Source: Minisyncoccia bacterium (lineage in GTDB: Bacteria; Patescibacteriota; Minisyncoccia; Phycocordibacterales; JAACPR01). From it: a stretch of 64,000 nucleotides of DNA. How positions within the stretch are numbered: the first letter of the stretch is position 1; every line of letters begins with the position of its first letter. The stretch spans positions 15,860 to 79,859 of the forward strand of contig JBGSLH010000008.1 in the NCBI GenBank assembly GCA_041740795.1, given 5' to 3'. The notes beneath the pieces are model-generated. The model was not told the DNA's origin. It did no database searches and saw only the letters and a list, made by a program, of their open reading frames with translations. Positions 46,631 through 55,948 of the stretch are shown in pieces. The translations under genes were made by a program, and so were the position numbers.

Positions 46631-46810
46631 ATGATGGATAAAAAAATGATGGCTAAAGAAATGATGGAAATGTCAAAAAGTATGATGGAAATGGGTATGG
46701 CTATGGATAAGGATATGATGGAAATGCCTATGGATAATGGCATGATGGAGATGGGTGAAAAGATGATGAAGATGTCTAAGGATATGATGGAGATGGGTAA
46801 GGATATGTAG
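46631..46810 (+). CDS. methionine-rich small protein (59 aa, 26 Met)
   Basis: MMDKKMMAKEMMEMSKSMMEMGMAMDKDMMEMPMDNGMMEMGEKMMKMSKDMMEMGKDM. An uninterrupted frame between the two palindromic promoters. Below the 60-aa cut-off of the ORF track. Confidence 0.5.
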   Translation: MMDKKMMAKEMMEMSKSMMEMGMAMDKDMMEMPMDNGMMEMGEKMMKMSKDMMEMGKDM

Positions 46811-46846
46811 GAAATTTAGATTAAAATAAAGTTATCCACTAAAACA

Positions 46847-46892
46847 AATGTAAAGTATACTTTACATTTGTTTTTCTTTCCTCTATACTAAT
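46847..46892 (+). promoter_or_regulatory. second copy of the palindromic operator/promoter (TTTACA-17-TATACT)
   Basis: Identical 22-bp palindrome at 46847-46868. The -10 TATACT is at 46884-46889, 35 nt upstream of the thioredoxin gene. Confidence 0.55.
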
Positions 46893-46926
46893 AGGTATAT
46901 AAGTAATTAATAGATAATAAAATTTT

Positions 46927-47472
46927 ATGAATAAAAACACAGGAATTATTATTGGGATCATTGCATTCGTGATTATTGCAGGCGGTGTCTATGCATCTAT
47001 GAACAATAACGATGATGCGATGATGGAAAAAGAAAACATGGAACAGAAGGCTATGGAAGAAAAAAAGATGGCTGACGAGAAGGTTTTGATGGAAAAAAAA
47101 GAAGACGAGATGGTGAATAAGGATGATACAAGCGTGATAGATAAAGGTGATGCCACAATGAAAGTTGGATCATACGAGGCATATAGTGCAGACAAGATTG
47201 CTCGTGCAGAGACTGGAGATGTCGTATTGTTTTTTCACGCTTCATGGTGTCCGTCATGTAGGAGTCTCAATTCAAATATCGAAGCTAATATGAGCTCAAT
47301 TCCAGAAGGAGTGACTATTTTGAAAGTGGATTACGATAAGGAGACAGAACTTAAGAAGAAATATGGTGTTACATATCAACACACACTTGTGCAAGTTGAT
47401 AAAGATGGAAACATGATAAAGAAATGGAGCGGTAGCTCAAGTCTCGACAATCTTGTGTCACAAATACAATAA
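46927..47472 (+). CDS. membrane-anchored thioredoxin-like protein with Met/Glu/Lys-rich linker
   Basis: N-terminal TM, the linker DDAMMEKENMEQKAMEEKKMADEKVLMEKKEDEM, and a Trx fold with WCPSC. Confidence 0.7.
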   Translation: MNKNTGIIIGIIAFVIIAGGVYASMNNNDDAMMEKENMEQKAMEEKKMADEKVLMEKKEDEMVNKDDTSVIDKGDATMKVGSYEAYSADKIARAETGDVVLFFHASWCPSCRSLNSNIEANMSSIPEGVTILKVDYDKETELKKKYGVTYQHTLVQVDKDGNMIKKWSGSSSLDNLVSQIQ

Positions 47473-47477
47473 TAATT

Positions 47478-49280
47478 ATGATCTTTTTTCTCATTTCAAT
47501 TTTGGCAGGACTCTTTACAGTAGTAGCACCTTGCATACTACCGTTACTTCCTATTGTGATTGGAGCGTCCGAAGAAGGTGAACGACGAGTGTCCAAGCGT
47601 GCGCTTATAATAATAGGATCGCTTTCGGTGTCCGTTATCCTGTTTACACTTCTCCTGAAGGCAACTACGTTCTTTATATCCATTCCTCAGGTATTTTGGA
47701 GTAGCTTCTCTGGGACAGTCATTATTCTTGTTGGGCTAGCTATCGTATTTCCATCGCTTTGGACCAAGGTACCGTTTGTACAAAAATTAAGCATAGTAAG
47801 TAACAAAGCAGTAGGTGTCGGATATCAAAAGAAAAACTATAAGGGAGATATGTTGATCGGACTGGCACTTGGTCCTGTGTTTACGACTTGTTCTCCAACA
47901 TACTTATTTATTATCGCCACAACATTACCAGCCAGCTTTATCGTCGGACTCATCTATCTTCTAGGATTCACTTTTGGTTTAGCTGTTGCACTTCTACTTA
48001 TTGCGTACTTTGGTCAGCAAATTATAAATAAGATCACCACACATATGCAAACAACGGGGACGGTCAAGAAAGTTTTTGGGGCACTTATCATCCTTGTTGG
48101 TATAGCGGTTCTGACTGGCTACGACAAAAAAATTGAGACTCTTATTTTGGATTCTGGATACGGAGCAACTATTCAACTAGAAGATTCCTTGATTGAGCGA
48201 TTTGCTCCTAAAAATGATTCTATGCAAGAAAAAAACACAATGAATAAAACATACGAAACTATCACGCTTGCAGGAGGATGCTTCTGGTGTACCGAAGCAT
48301 ACTTTCAAGAAGAAAAGGGGATCATTGATGCAGTTTCTGGATATGCTGGTGGAGATGAGTCGGATGCATCGTATCTCTCGGTTGCAAAAGGAACTACAAA
48401 GCATCGTGAAGCTGTGCAAGTAACCTATGATCCAAACATCATTTCTACAGAGAAAGTACTGGATATATATTGGTCACATATTGACCCGACGAATACACAA
48501 GGGCAATTTGCTGATAAGGGATTTCATTATACAAGTGCAATCTTCTATCAGAATGTAGAACAAGAAACAGTTGCTCGTGATGCCAAGATGCGTCTAGAAA
48601 AAAGTGGCGTTTTCACCAAACCAATTGCAACAGAAATACTTCCATTCACTACATTCTTCAAAGCCGAAGAATATCATCAAGACTATTACAAAAAAGCATC
48701 TGATCACTATGAACGATATAAGAAAGGTTCAGGTAGAGCAGGATTTGTAGAAGAAACATGGGCAAAGGATGCGGCGATACAGTTTTTGCAATCTGAGCAA
48801 ACAGAAACTATGGATAACAAAGAAGTGTCAAAAAAGAGTGACTACGATTATACTGAGGAAGAAATTGAGGAGATGTTAAAAAACCTAGATCCGTTGGCAT
48901 ATCATGTGGTTGCAGAGGGTGGTACTGAATCACCGTTCAATAATGCGTATTGGAACAACAAGGCTGATGGAATCTATGTCGACGTTGCAACAGGAAAACC
49001 TCTTTTTTCGAGTACTCACAAATATGATTCAGGTACCGGCTGGCCAAGCTTTTGGAGAACGATTGATGATGATTCAGTAACAATGCATGAAGATAAATCA
49101 CTCTCATCCACTCGCACAGAAATACGAAGTGATGCTGGACATGTCGGTCACGTTTTTGAAGACGGTCCAAAAGAAGAAGGTGGTCGACGTTTCTGTACCA
49201 ACTCTGCGTCACTGCGGTTTGTTCCAAAAGAAGAAATGACAAAGGAGGGTTATGAAGCATATCTCTACCTGTTCACTTAA
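47478..49280 (+). CDS. CcdA/DsbD-type membrane electron transporter fused to MsrA and MsrB
   Basis: TM Cys motifs APCILP and TTCSP. MsrA GCFWCTEAYF. MsrB-type domain (GTGWPSF, CTNSASL). Confidence 0.8.
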   Translation: MIFFLISILAGLFTVVAPCILPLLPIVIGASEEGERRVSKRALIIIGSLSVSVILFTLLLKATTFFISIPQVFWSSFSGTVIILVGLAIVFPSLWTKVPFVQKLSIVSNKAVGVGYQKKNYKGDMLIGLALGPVFTTCSPTYLFIIATTLPASFIVGLIYLLGFTFGLAVALLLIAYFGQQIINKITTHMQTTGTVKKVFGALIILVGIAVLTGYDKKIETLILDSGYGATIQLEDSLIERFAPKNDSMQEKNTMNKTYETITLAGGCFWCTEAYFQEEKGIIDAVSGYAGGDESDASYLSVAKGTTKHREAVQVTYDPNIISTEKVLDIYWSHIDPTNTQGQFADKGFHYTSAIFYQNVEQETVARDAKMRLEKSGVFTKPIATEILPFTTFFKAEEYHQDYYKKASDHYERYKKGSGRAGFVEETWAKDAAIQFLQSEQTETMDNKEVSKKSDYDYTEEEIEEMLKNLDPLAYHVVAEGGTESPFNNAYWNNKADGIYVDVATGKPLFSSTHKYDSGTGWPSFWRTIDDDSVTMHEDKSLSSTRTEIRSDAGHVGHVFEDGPKEEGGRRFCTNSASLRFVPKEEMTKEGYEAYLYLFT

Positions 49281-49307
49281 TTGATATAATCTAATACATA
49301 AAAATAT

Positions 49308-49703
49308 ATGAATAATGACATGCCAAAAAATGAAGACGAGTTCAAGAAGAAGCTAACACCGAAGCAATACGAAGTTCTGCGGGAAAAGGGTACCGAAGCT
49401 CCTTTTTCTGGGAAACTTATTCATCCAGATAAAGACGGTTTTTATAAATGTGCTGCTTGCAGTAACCCGCTTTTTAAGGCAGAAGCAAAGTTCGATTCAG
49501 GTACTGGCTGGCCAAGCTTCGATGAAGCACTTCCAGGGGCTGTGAAGAATGTTTATGATTTTTCTCATGGAATGAGAAGAATTGAAACAGTTTGTGCTGT
49601 ATGTAATTCACATCTCGGACATCTCTTTGATGATGGTCCAACAGAAACAGGTAAAAGATATTGCATGAACTCAGTTTGTTTTGAAGATTTTGACGAAAAA
49701 TAA
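49308..49703 (+). CDS. msrB: peptide-methionine (R)-S-oxide reductase
   Basis: A stand-alone 131-aa SelR domain: CxxC pairs (CAACSN, CAVCNS), GTGWPSF and HLGHLFDDGP. Confidence 0.85.
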   Translation: MNNDMPKNEDEFKKKLTPKQYEVLREKGTEAPFSGKLIHPDKDGFYKCAACSNPLFKAEAKFDSGTGWPSFDEALPGAVKNVYDFSHGMRRIETVCAVCNSHLGHLFDDGPTETGKRYCMNSVCFEDFDEK

Positions 49704-49750
49704 TATAAACAAAAAAGTGTCTCAGTTTGCAGTCTTAGTCGTTTTTAATT

Positions 49751-50317
49751 CTATTTCTTCATCCCCCAAGGACTTGCTTCAGGCAGGCGTTCTTTTTTTG
49801 AAAGCCTGAATTGGTAGAGTGAAAAGAGTATCGTTACGAGAGTGGCGATACCCTTGTAGACAATCCATTCTTCAGGAGGCAGGAACATTCGCACGACCTC
49901 ATTTGAAACTGCAAGGATTATAAACATGACTGCCCATCGAAGGGTGAGTATGGACCAGCCTTTTTCGGTCATGACAAAAAGATTTCCAAACAGGGGCTTG
50001 AGGAGTGGTTTTTTGAACAATAGGCCTGTCAAAAGTACTAATGCGAATATCCCATTGTAGAGAGTATCCTTTATTATGAGGAAAAACGGATTGTTCAGAA
50101 AAAAGGTGAGTAATCCTGAAACAATGATCGTCATTCCGACAATGAATGGGAACCACGCAAGTTTCTTTCGCTCCAAAAAACCTGCAACAAGCGCAACAAA
50201 AGTCGCCATGACAAAAATAAGGGTTGCCGGTATGAAGGAAGTCAGGCTGGACGCTACAAGGAAGACGATGATAGGTCCGAATTCGATACTTAAATTTAAA
50301 AAAAGTCTTAGTGGCAT
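49751..50317 (-). CDS. hypothetical polytopic membrane protein
   Basis: Five or six hydrophobic helices. Weak resemblance to YciB/IspZ-type proteins only. Confidence 0.35.
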   Translation of the reverse strand: MPLRLFLNLSIEFGPIIVFLVASSLTSFIPATLIFVMATFVALVAGFLERKKLAWFPFIVGMTIIVSGLLTFFLNNPFFLIIKDTLYNGIFALVLLTGLLFKKPLLKPLFGNLFVMTEKGWSILTLRWAVMFIILAVSNEVVRMFLPPEEWIVYKGIATLVTILFSLYQFRLSKKERLPEASPWGMKK

Positions 50318-50343
50318 TTGAAGCTTTATGATACCATTAATGC

Positions 50344-50739
50344 ATGAATATCATTACATATATATGTACGTTGATCGTACTTGCGATTTTTGACAGTGCG
50401 TGGCTTCTAAGTATGGGTGCCAAATATAAGTTGTGGCTTGGACACCTTTTTGCTCCGACAGTTAACTTTATTCCTGCTATAATTTTTTATCTGATATATA
50501 CAGCAGGAGTTGTATTTTTTGTTGTACTTCCTGCAATAAAAGGAGAACATTCTCTTTTGTGGACACTTGGTGTAGGATGTCTGTTCGGACTTGTTGCATA
50601 TGCGACGTATGATCTTACCAATAATGCAACTTTAAAAGATTGGCCTGTCTTTGTGACATTGATTGATATGATATGGGGCACAATTCTGACAGGACTTACT
50701 GCCGTAATTGTCGTTTTTTTAAGCAGATATTTCAAATAG
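50344..50739 (+). CDS. hypothetical membrane protein
   Basis: Four hydrophobic helices. Confidence 0.4.
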   Translation: MNIITYICTLIVLAIFDSAWLLSMGAKYKLWLGHLFAPTVNFIPAIIFYLIYTAGVVFFVVLPAIKGEHSLLWTLGVGCLFGLVAYATYDLTNNATLKDWPVFVTLIDMIWGTILTGLTAVIVVFLSRYFK

Positions 50740-50740
50740 C

Positions 50741-51523
50741 ATGCTCGAAATCCTCCTTTCTTCAATCAATCTATCTTCGCTGATTATATTTGTGTACATG
50801 ACTCTTTGGTTTTTTGTCGCACAGATTCTCAAAAGAAACGATGTTGCTGATATTGCATGGGGTCTCGGATTTATCCTGATAGCATTTTGTCTATATATTC
50901 GTAATGGCATCTCAATTGACAGAGGACTTCTATCTTTGATTCTTGTGGTTGTCTGGGGAACAAGACTTTCTTACTATATTCTCAAGCGCAATATCCGTAA
51001 GCCGGAAGACAAGAGGTATGCCACATGGAGAATCGAGTGGGGCCGATGGTTTGTCTTACGATCGTATCTTCAGGTATTTCTTTTGCAGGGAATACTTCTT
51101 CTCTTGATTGTAACTCCTGTTAGCATTACGACTGTTTTGCGAGGAGGTCCGATAAATTTGTTAGACGTGCTGGGCATCTGCGTGTGGTTGTTTGGATTTT
51201 ATTTTGAATCTGTCGGTGATAAGCAACTCAAAAAATTTCTTGCGAATCCTGACAATAAAGGAAAGGTACTCGACACTGGACTTTGGAAGTATACGAGACA
51301 TCCGAATTATTTTGGAGAGGTGACACAGTGGTGGGGATTGTGGATTATTGCGCTCTCAGTTCCATATGGATTTTTTGGAATTATTGGTCCTCTCACTATT
51401 ACATTTCTCATTCTCAAGGTTTCTGGCGTACCAATGCTTGAAAAAGGGATGGCAATGAATCCGCTTTTTGATGAGTATCGAAAAAAAACCAGTGTGTTTA
51501 TTCCTTTGCCACCAAAATCATAA
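50741..51523 (+). CDS. membrane protein of the ICMT/DUF1295 (steroid-5alpha-reductase-like) superfamily
   Basis: C-terminal YTRHPNYFGE motif, polytopic. Starts 1 nt after the previous gene. Confidence 0.5.
   Translation: MLEILLSSINLSSLIIFVYMTLWFFVAQILKRNDVADIAWGLGFILIAFCLYIRNGISIDRGLLSLILVVVWGTRLSYYILKRNIRKPEDKRYATWRIEWGRWFVLRSYLQVFLLQGILLLLIVTPVSITTVLRGGPINLLDVLGICVWLFGFYFESVGDKQLKKFLANPDNKGKVLDTGLWKYTRHPNYFGEVTQWWGLWIIALSVPYGFFGIIGPLTITFLILKVSGVPMLEKGMAMNPLFDEYRKKTSVFIPLPPKS
51467..51510 (+). repeat. 44-bp exact direct repeat, copy 1 (coding 3' end of the DUF1295-like gene)
   Basis: tttgatgagtatcgaaaaaaaaccagtgtgtttattcctttgcc. Identical to 53492-53535. Confidence 0.85.
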
Positions 51524-51610
51524 TTACGAAGTTGATGATTTGAAAGTTTTAAAAGTTGCTTCAACTTTAGATTACTTAATCAAATATTTTTTTCGTGATA
51601 ATATATTTTT

Positions 51611-51979
51611 ATGATAAAAGAAATTGCATTCGTTGGTTATCCAACAAAAAATATGAAGAACGCACGTGAGTTTTATGAAAGAATCCTTGGTCTTATCCCG
51701 AGTAATGAGTTTGGTCCTGTTACAGATGAATCCGAATTTGTAGAATATGCTATAGGTTCAGGAACTTTTTCTCTTGGCTGTATGCCAGAATGGAAACCCT
51801 CAAAAGATGGACCTTCTGTTGCATTCGAAATGGAAAATTTTGAAGATGCAATCATTAAGCTTAAAGAGAAGAGTGTTACTTTTACTACGGAACAAATTGA
51901 TACTCCTGTCTGCAACATGGCTATTGTGCTTGATCCAGATGGAAATTCAGTTCTGATACACAAACGAAAGAATACATAG
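51611..51979 (+). CDS. VOC/glyoxalase family protein
   Basis: A 122-aa glyoxalase-like fold N-terminus (IAFVGYPTKNMKNAREFYERILGL). Confidence 0.6.
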   Translation: MIKEIAFVGYPTKNMKNAREFYERILGLIPSNEFGPVTDESEFVEYAIGSGTFSLGCMPEWKPSKDGPSVAFEMENFEDAIIKLKEKSVTFTTEQIDTPVCNMAIVLDPDGNSVLIHKRKNT

Positions 51980-52205
51980 TATTTCATAAATTATCTTTCT
52001 TGCTCATATTTGCCACCAGACTCTCTGTGTGTTATTTTTATGAAATCTAATCTACAGCCATGTTAATAAATATGTACACACAAACTTGGTCTAGTTTTAC
52101 ACAAGATTTTCTTAAATAGGGAAGGGTTTTAGTCTTTATACACTACATACTAAACCGCTTCTCTTTTAGCGGTTTTTACGTTTATAAAATAAAAAAACTA
52201 ATAAC

Positions 52206-53480
52206 ATGAATAATTTTGAACAATACTATAATGCCATCAATTTTCTTGAAGGATTATCCAACTTACCTTTGAAGGGTGACTACATAATCAATCGACAACA
52301 TACAGACGTATACCTTAAGCGTATGAGATATTTTTTGAATCTCATCGGGAATCCTGATAGAGGAATAAAGTATATTCACATTACTGGAACAGCTGGAAAA
52401 GGTACGGTTACTAACATGCTCCATGAAATATTTCACGTTTCAGGTAAGAATGTTGGGTCATTTACTTCACCGTTCGTTACGACATCAATCGAAAAGATAA
52501 AAGTAAAGGATGTATATATTGCCCCCGATGAATTGGCAGATATTGTCGAGTACCTCAAACCCTTTATAGATAAAGCTTATTTAGAGGGTCCATATGGTAG
52601 GCCGTCATATTTTGAAATATTTTTGGCGATTGCGTTCATATATTTTAAACAGAAAAAATGTGAATGGGTTGTACTTGAAGTCGGTTTGGGTGGCAGGTAC
52701 GATGCAACAAATGTTATTGAAAATCCAGTTGTCACTGCAATTACTACTATTGATTATGATCACACGCAGGTTCTTGGAAAAACTTTGAAAAAAATTGCGT
52801 ACGACAAGGCGGGAATAATTAAAAAGAACTCTTTGTTTTTTACGGCAGAACAACGACCGTCACTTCTTAAAATATTTTCTGAGAAATGTGGAGTACGGAA
52901 AGTACAAATGATTCAGATTCCAAAACAAGAAAATTATCAGGAATATAACAAAGCGTTAGTTTCTGCGATTGCAGAGAGTCTAGGAATATCAACTTCATTT
53001 ATTAAAAAAGGAATCAACAATGCTCGTTTGCAATGTCGATTCGAAATCATTCAACAGAAACCACTTGTTGTTTTGGATGGTGCACACAATAGATCAAAGA
53101 TTCGAAGCACAATAGCCAATTTGAAAAAATTAACATTCAATAAACTCCATCTCATTATTGGTATAGCTGAAAACAAAGACGAGACTCTTATTCTTAATCA
53201 GATTGTTCCATGTGCCGATAAAATATACTTAACAAGATTCCAAATTAAAGAGAGAAAATGTGCTCATCCAAAAGAATTGATGAAAAGATCTAAGAAATAT
53301 TCCAAAAAGTCTGCTCAGATAGAGATTTTCCTTGATGCTACTCAGGCTCTCGATAAAGCTCTATCTGAAGCAAAAGATGACGATCTTGTGCTTGTGGTAG
53401 GTTCGTTCTTTTTGGCTGGAGAATTGAGAAAGAAATGGGTTTCTGAAAAAAGAATACTTGAAAAAAGAAAGAGTTTTTGA
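52206..53480 (+). CDS. folC: folylpolyglutamate synthase / dihydrofolate synthase
   Basis: Mur-ligase P-loop IHITGTAGKGTV, VLEVGLGGRYD, DGAHN. Confidence 0.8.
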   Translation: MNNFEQYYNAINFLEGLSNLPLKGDYIINRQHTDVYLKRMRYFLNLIGNPDRGIKYIHITGTAGKGTVTNMLHEIFHVSGKNVGSFTSPFVTTSIEKIKVKDVYIAPDELADIVEYLKPFIDKAYLEGPYGRPSYFEIFLAIAFIYFKQKKCEWVVLEVGLGGRYDATNVIENPVVTAITTIDYDHTQVLGKTLKKIAYDKAGIIKKNSLFFTAEQRPSLLKIFSEKCGVRKVQMIQIPKQENYQEYNKALVSAIAESLGISTSFIKKGINNARLQCRFEIIQQKPLVVLDGAHNRSKIRSTIANLKKLTFNKLHLIIGIAENKDETLILNQIVPCADKIYLTRFQIKERKCAHPKELMKRSKKYSKKSAQIEIFLDATQALDKALSEAKDDDLVLVVGSFFLAGELRKKWVSEKRILEKRKSF

Positions 53481-53491
53481 CGTATGATTCA

Positions 53492-53535
53492 TTTGATGAG
53501 TATCGAAAAAAAACCAGTGTGTTTATTCCTTTGCC
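53492..53535 (+). repeat. 44-bp exact direct repeat, copy 2 (non-coding, after folC)
   Basis: Identical to 51467-51510. Confidence 0.85.
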
Positions 53536-53598
53536 TAGAAAGTAGTTCATCAGAGTTTCTTGGTTCTCGAACATCTCTATTTTTGCTATACTTTACCC

Positions 53599-53805
53599 AT
53601 GGAAATCACTAATCACAAAAAATTATACAGAAGTACTACAGACAAGAAGCTTGCAGGTATCTGTGGAGGAATCGCAGAGTATTTTGACATAGACAGTACA
53701 CTGCTTCGGCTTATCTGGGTGCTTGTCGTGATATTCTCTGGAATATTTCCAGGCGTTTTGGTATATATTCTTGCAATATTTATTGTGCCCGTAAAATCTA
53801 AGTAG
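53599..53805 (+). CDS. PspC-domain membrane protein
   Basis: [26 protein letters not shown] + TM. Start taken at MEITNH within track ORF 53560..53805. Confidence 0.6.
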   Translation: MEITNHKKLYRSTTDKKLAGICGGIAEYFDIDSTLLRLIWVLVVIFSGIFPGVLVYILAIFIVPVKSK

Positions 53806-53833
53806 TTCTGAGTTGGCTTGAACTTTCTAACAT

Positions 53834-54289
53834 ATGACTCACGAAGAATTTTTCAATGAGGCGGAAAAAGAAGCAAGGAGAGCAATGTGCCTGCGAGACA
53901 AGTGCGGAGCAATTGTCGTTCGTGATGGTGTAATAATCGGGCGGGGAAGCAATGGTCCTGCTGGGAATGTTGCTCAAAATCGAAAATGCGAACTTGATCT
54001 CCGTGATTCTCCAAAACCTAAGTCGGACAGGACATGCTGTGTTCATGCAGAATGGAGAGCAATCATCAGTGCTGTTGCGTATGCAAAAGATATTACGGGA
54101 AGTACTCTGTACTTCACTCGTGTGGATCTTGAGGGGAACATGCTCAAGTCGGGACAACCGTATTGTACCGTCTGCAGTCGTCTCGCATCAGATAACGGAG
54201 TTGCATACTTCGCCCTGTGGCATGATGACGGAATAAAAATATACGAGACAGGAGAATACAACGAGTTGTCGTATAATTTTCATATTTGA
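53834..54289 (+). CDS. dCMP/cytidine deaminase family zinc enzyme
   Basis: CVHAEWRAI (H-A-E) and PCTVCSRL (PCxxC). Confidence 0.8.
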   Translation: MTHEEFFNEAEKEARRAMCLRDKCGAIVVRDGVIIGRGSNGPAGNVAQNRKCELDLRDSPKPKSDRTCCVHAEWRAIISAVAYAKDITGSTLYFTRVDLEGNMLKSGQPYCTVCSRLASDNGVAYFALWHDDGIKIYETGEYNELSYNFHI

Positions 54290-54370
54290 TATTTCTCTTA
54301 TTTTGTGACATATTGAGCTCGGACAAACCGGTCCTTTTCAACATCAAACTAGAAAGGTCAATAATCTATT

Positions 54371-55525
54371 ATGAGTGATCCATACGCTGAATCTGGTGTT
54401 AATGTGTCAGTTGGTGATGCATTCAGTGCGTATTGTGGAGGGGTGTGTCGTCAAAGCCACAGCAACTCTCAATTCGTGAAAGTCCACGATATGTCCAAGG
54501 GACATTTTCGTGGTCCTCGTGGGTTCTCTCTTCAGAACCTTCCTCCGGACTGTATTTTGACCGCCGGGAGCGACGGTATCGGTACAAAAACAATCATCAG
54601 TAGCAGTGCTAATGATTATTCACATTCCGCATACGATTTGCTTGCGATGGTCGGTGGAGACTTTACTCGCTATGGAGGATTGCCTCTCGTGTTCGTAAAT
54701 CATCTGGACCTAAAAACTCTAGGTAACAGTATCAATCATCCTGCATACCTGTCTGCGCTTTGCCTTATGGATGGACTGTCTCTTGGTGCAAAAAGCCAAG
54801 GATATGTACTTCTTGGAGGCGAGACAGCCGAACTCAATGATTGTGTCACGTCCGAAAATCTTGACGCAATTCTCCAGTACAACTGGGGAGGTGTCATGAT
54901 GGGTGTGTACCATCCTGAGAAGATGATTACGGGCGAACAAGTGAAGTCAGGCGATCGAGTGATCGCACTGCGTGAAAACGGCCCTCGTTCAAACGGAATT
55001 AGTTTGCTTCGCAAAGGCCTTCGTACAAAATACGGTCCGAAGTGGTACAAAGGAGAAACCGCAGATGCTGTGCTCGCTATTGAGGCAGCTGCCGCTCCTT
55101 CCGTTCTTTACGACAAGTTTCTTGCCAAGATGAATGGTTGGGGAAGTGCAGATTTTGAACCGATAGTTCGGGTCAAGCTTATTGCCCATCTCAGCGGTGG
55201 TGGAATCCCAGACAAATTCGGAGAAGATCTCCTCTTTCCTCTCGGTTATTCTGCAACCCTGAACAATTTGTGGGAACCCCCAGCAGTCATCCGTGAATGC
55301 GCACAGACTCTCGGACTTTCCGACGCAACATGCTACAAAACATGGAGTGCCGGACAAGGCGTTCTCGCTGTGGTGAGTGAGGGTGATGTCGAGAAATTCA
55401 TTGCCTGTGCCAATGAGCACGCTATTGCTGCTCGTGATGCGGGGTATATTTGTGAGACTTCCTCTGGAGCGGTTCCATCTATCGAAATTCTGTCTGGCTT
55501 CACGGGGAAATTCGTTTCCTTCTAA
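54371..55525 (+). CDS. PurM-like (AIR synthase-related) protein
   Basis: ESGVNVSVGDAF and AGSDGIGTKT match the PurM/HypE/SelD/ThiL superfamily N-domain. Confidence 0.55.
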   Translation: MSDPYAESGVNVSVGDAFSAYCGGVCRQSHSNSQFVKVHDMSKGHFRGPRGFSLQNLPPDCILTAGSDGIGTKTIISSSANDYSHSAYDLLAMVGGDFTRYGGLPLVFVNHLDLKTLGNSINHPAYLSALCLMDGLSLGAKSQGYVLLGGETAELNDCVTSENLDAILQYNWGGVMMGVYHPEKMITGEQVKSGDRVIALRENGPRSNGISLLRKGLRTKYGPKWYKGETADAVLAIEAAAAPSVLYDKFLAKMNGWGSADFEPIVRVKLIAHLSGGGIPDKFGEDLLFPLGYSATLNNLWEPPAVIRECAQTLGLSDATCYKTWSAGQGVLAVVSEGDVEKFIACANEHAIAARDAGYICETSSGAVPSIEILSGFTGKFVSF

Positions 55526-55549
55526 GTTGGTTTTGATTCTCAAACACAA

Positions 55550-55585
55550 CCAGCAGGCGCGTACGCGCCTGCTGGTTTTCTTTTT
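55550..55585 (+). terminator. rho-independent terminator
   Basis: ccagcaggcgc-gtac-gcgcctgctgg 11-bp stem followed by ttttctttttat. Confidence 0.65.
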
Positions 55586-55655
55586 ATAAACATATTTGTG
55601 CCGTATTATTTAGATGCTATACTTAATTCACTTATCAATTAATTTCATAACACGT

Positions 55656-55871
55656 ATGAAAAAAATGACATGTGCACAGATGGGTGGAATGTGTGAAGCG
55701 GAAGTCATGGGAGCGACACCTGACGAGATGATGGCAAACGGAATGAATCATCTTGAAGAATCACATCCTGAAATGGCCGCAAGCATACATTCGATGGCGG
55801 AAGATGATCCGATGATGGTTGCATGGAACGAGAAGTTCACGAAGGACTTCGAAGCTGCTCCTGAGATGTAA
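55656..55871 (+). CDS. DUF1059-like small metal-binding protein
   Basis: MKKMTCAQMGGMCEAEV... Start moved to the internal Met. Terminator at 55879-55902. Confidence 0.45.
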   Translation: MKKMTCAQMGGMCEAEVMGATPDEMMANGMNHLEESHPEMAASIHSMAEDDPMMVAWNEKFTKDFEAAPEM

Positions 55872-55948
55872 ATTCAAAAAACACCCGAAAGGGTGTTTTT
55901 TCATTGCTTGCTTTATGGGTGCTATTTTTATGAGGTATACTGTCCTAT

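Noticed and set aside
46533-46840. DnaA-box-like TTGTCCACA / TTATCCACT at the head of each msr-cluster repeat, as an origin signal
   Set aside because: There are only two boxes, each part of the duplicated promoter block, with no dnaA/dnaN nearby and no AT-rich DUE. It is more likely a regulatory site.
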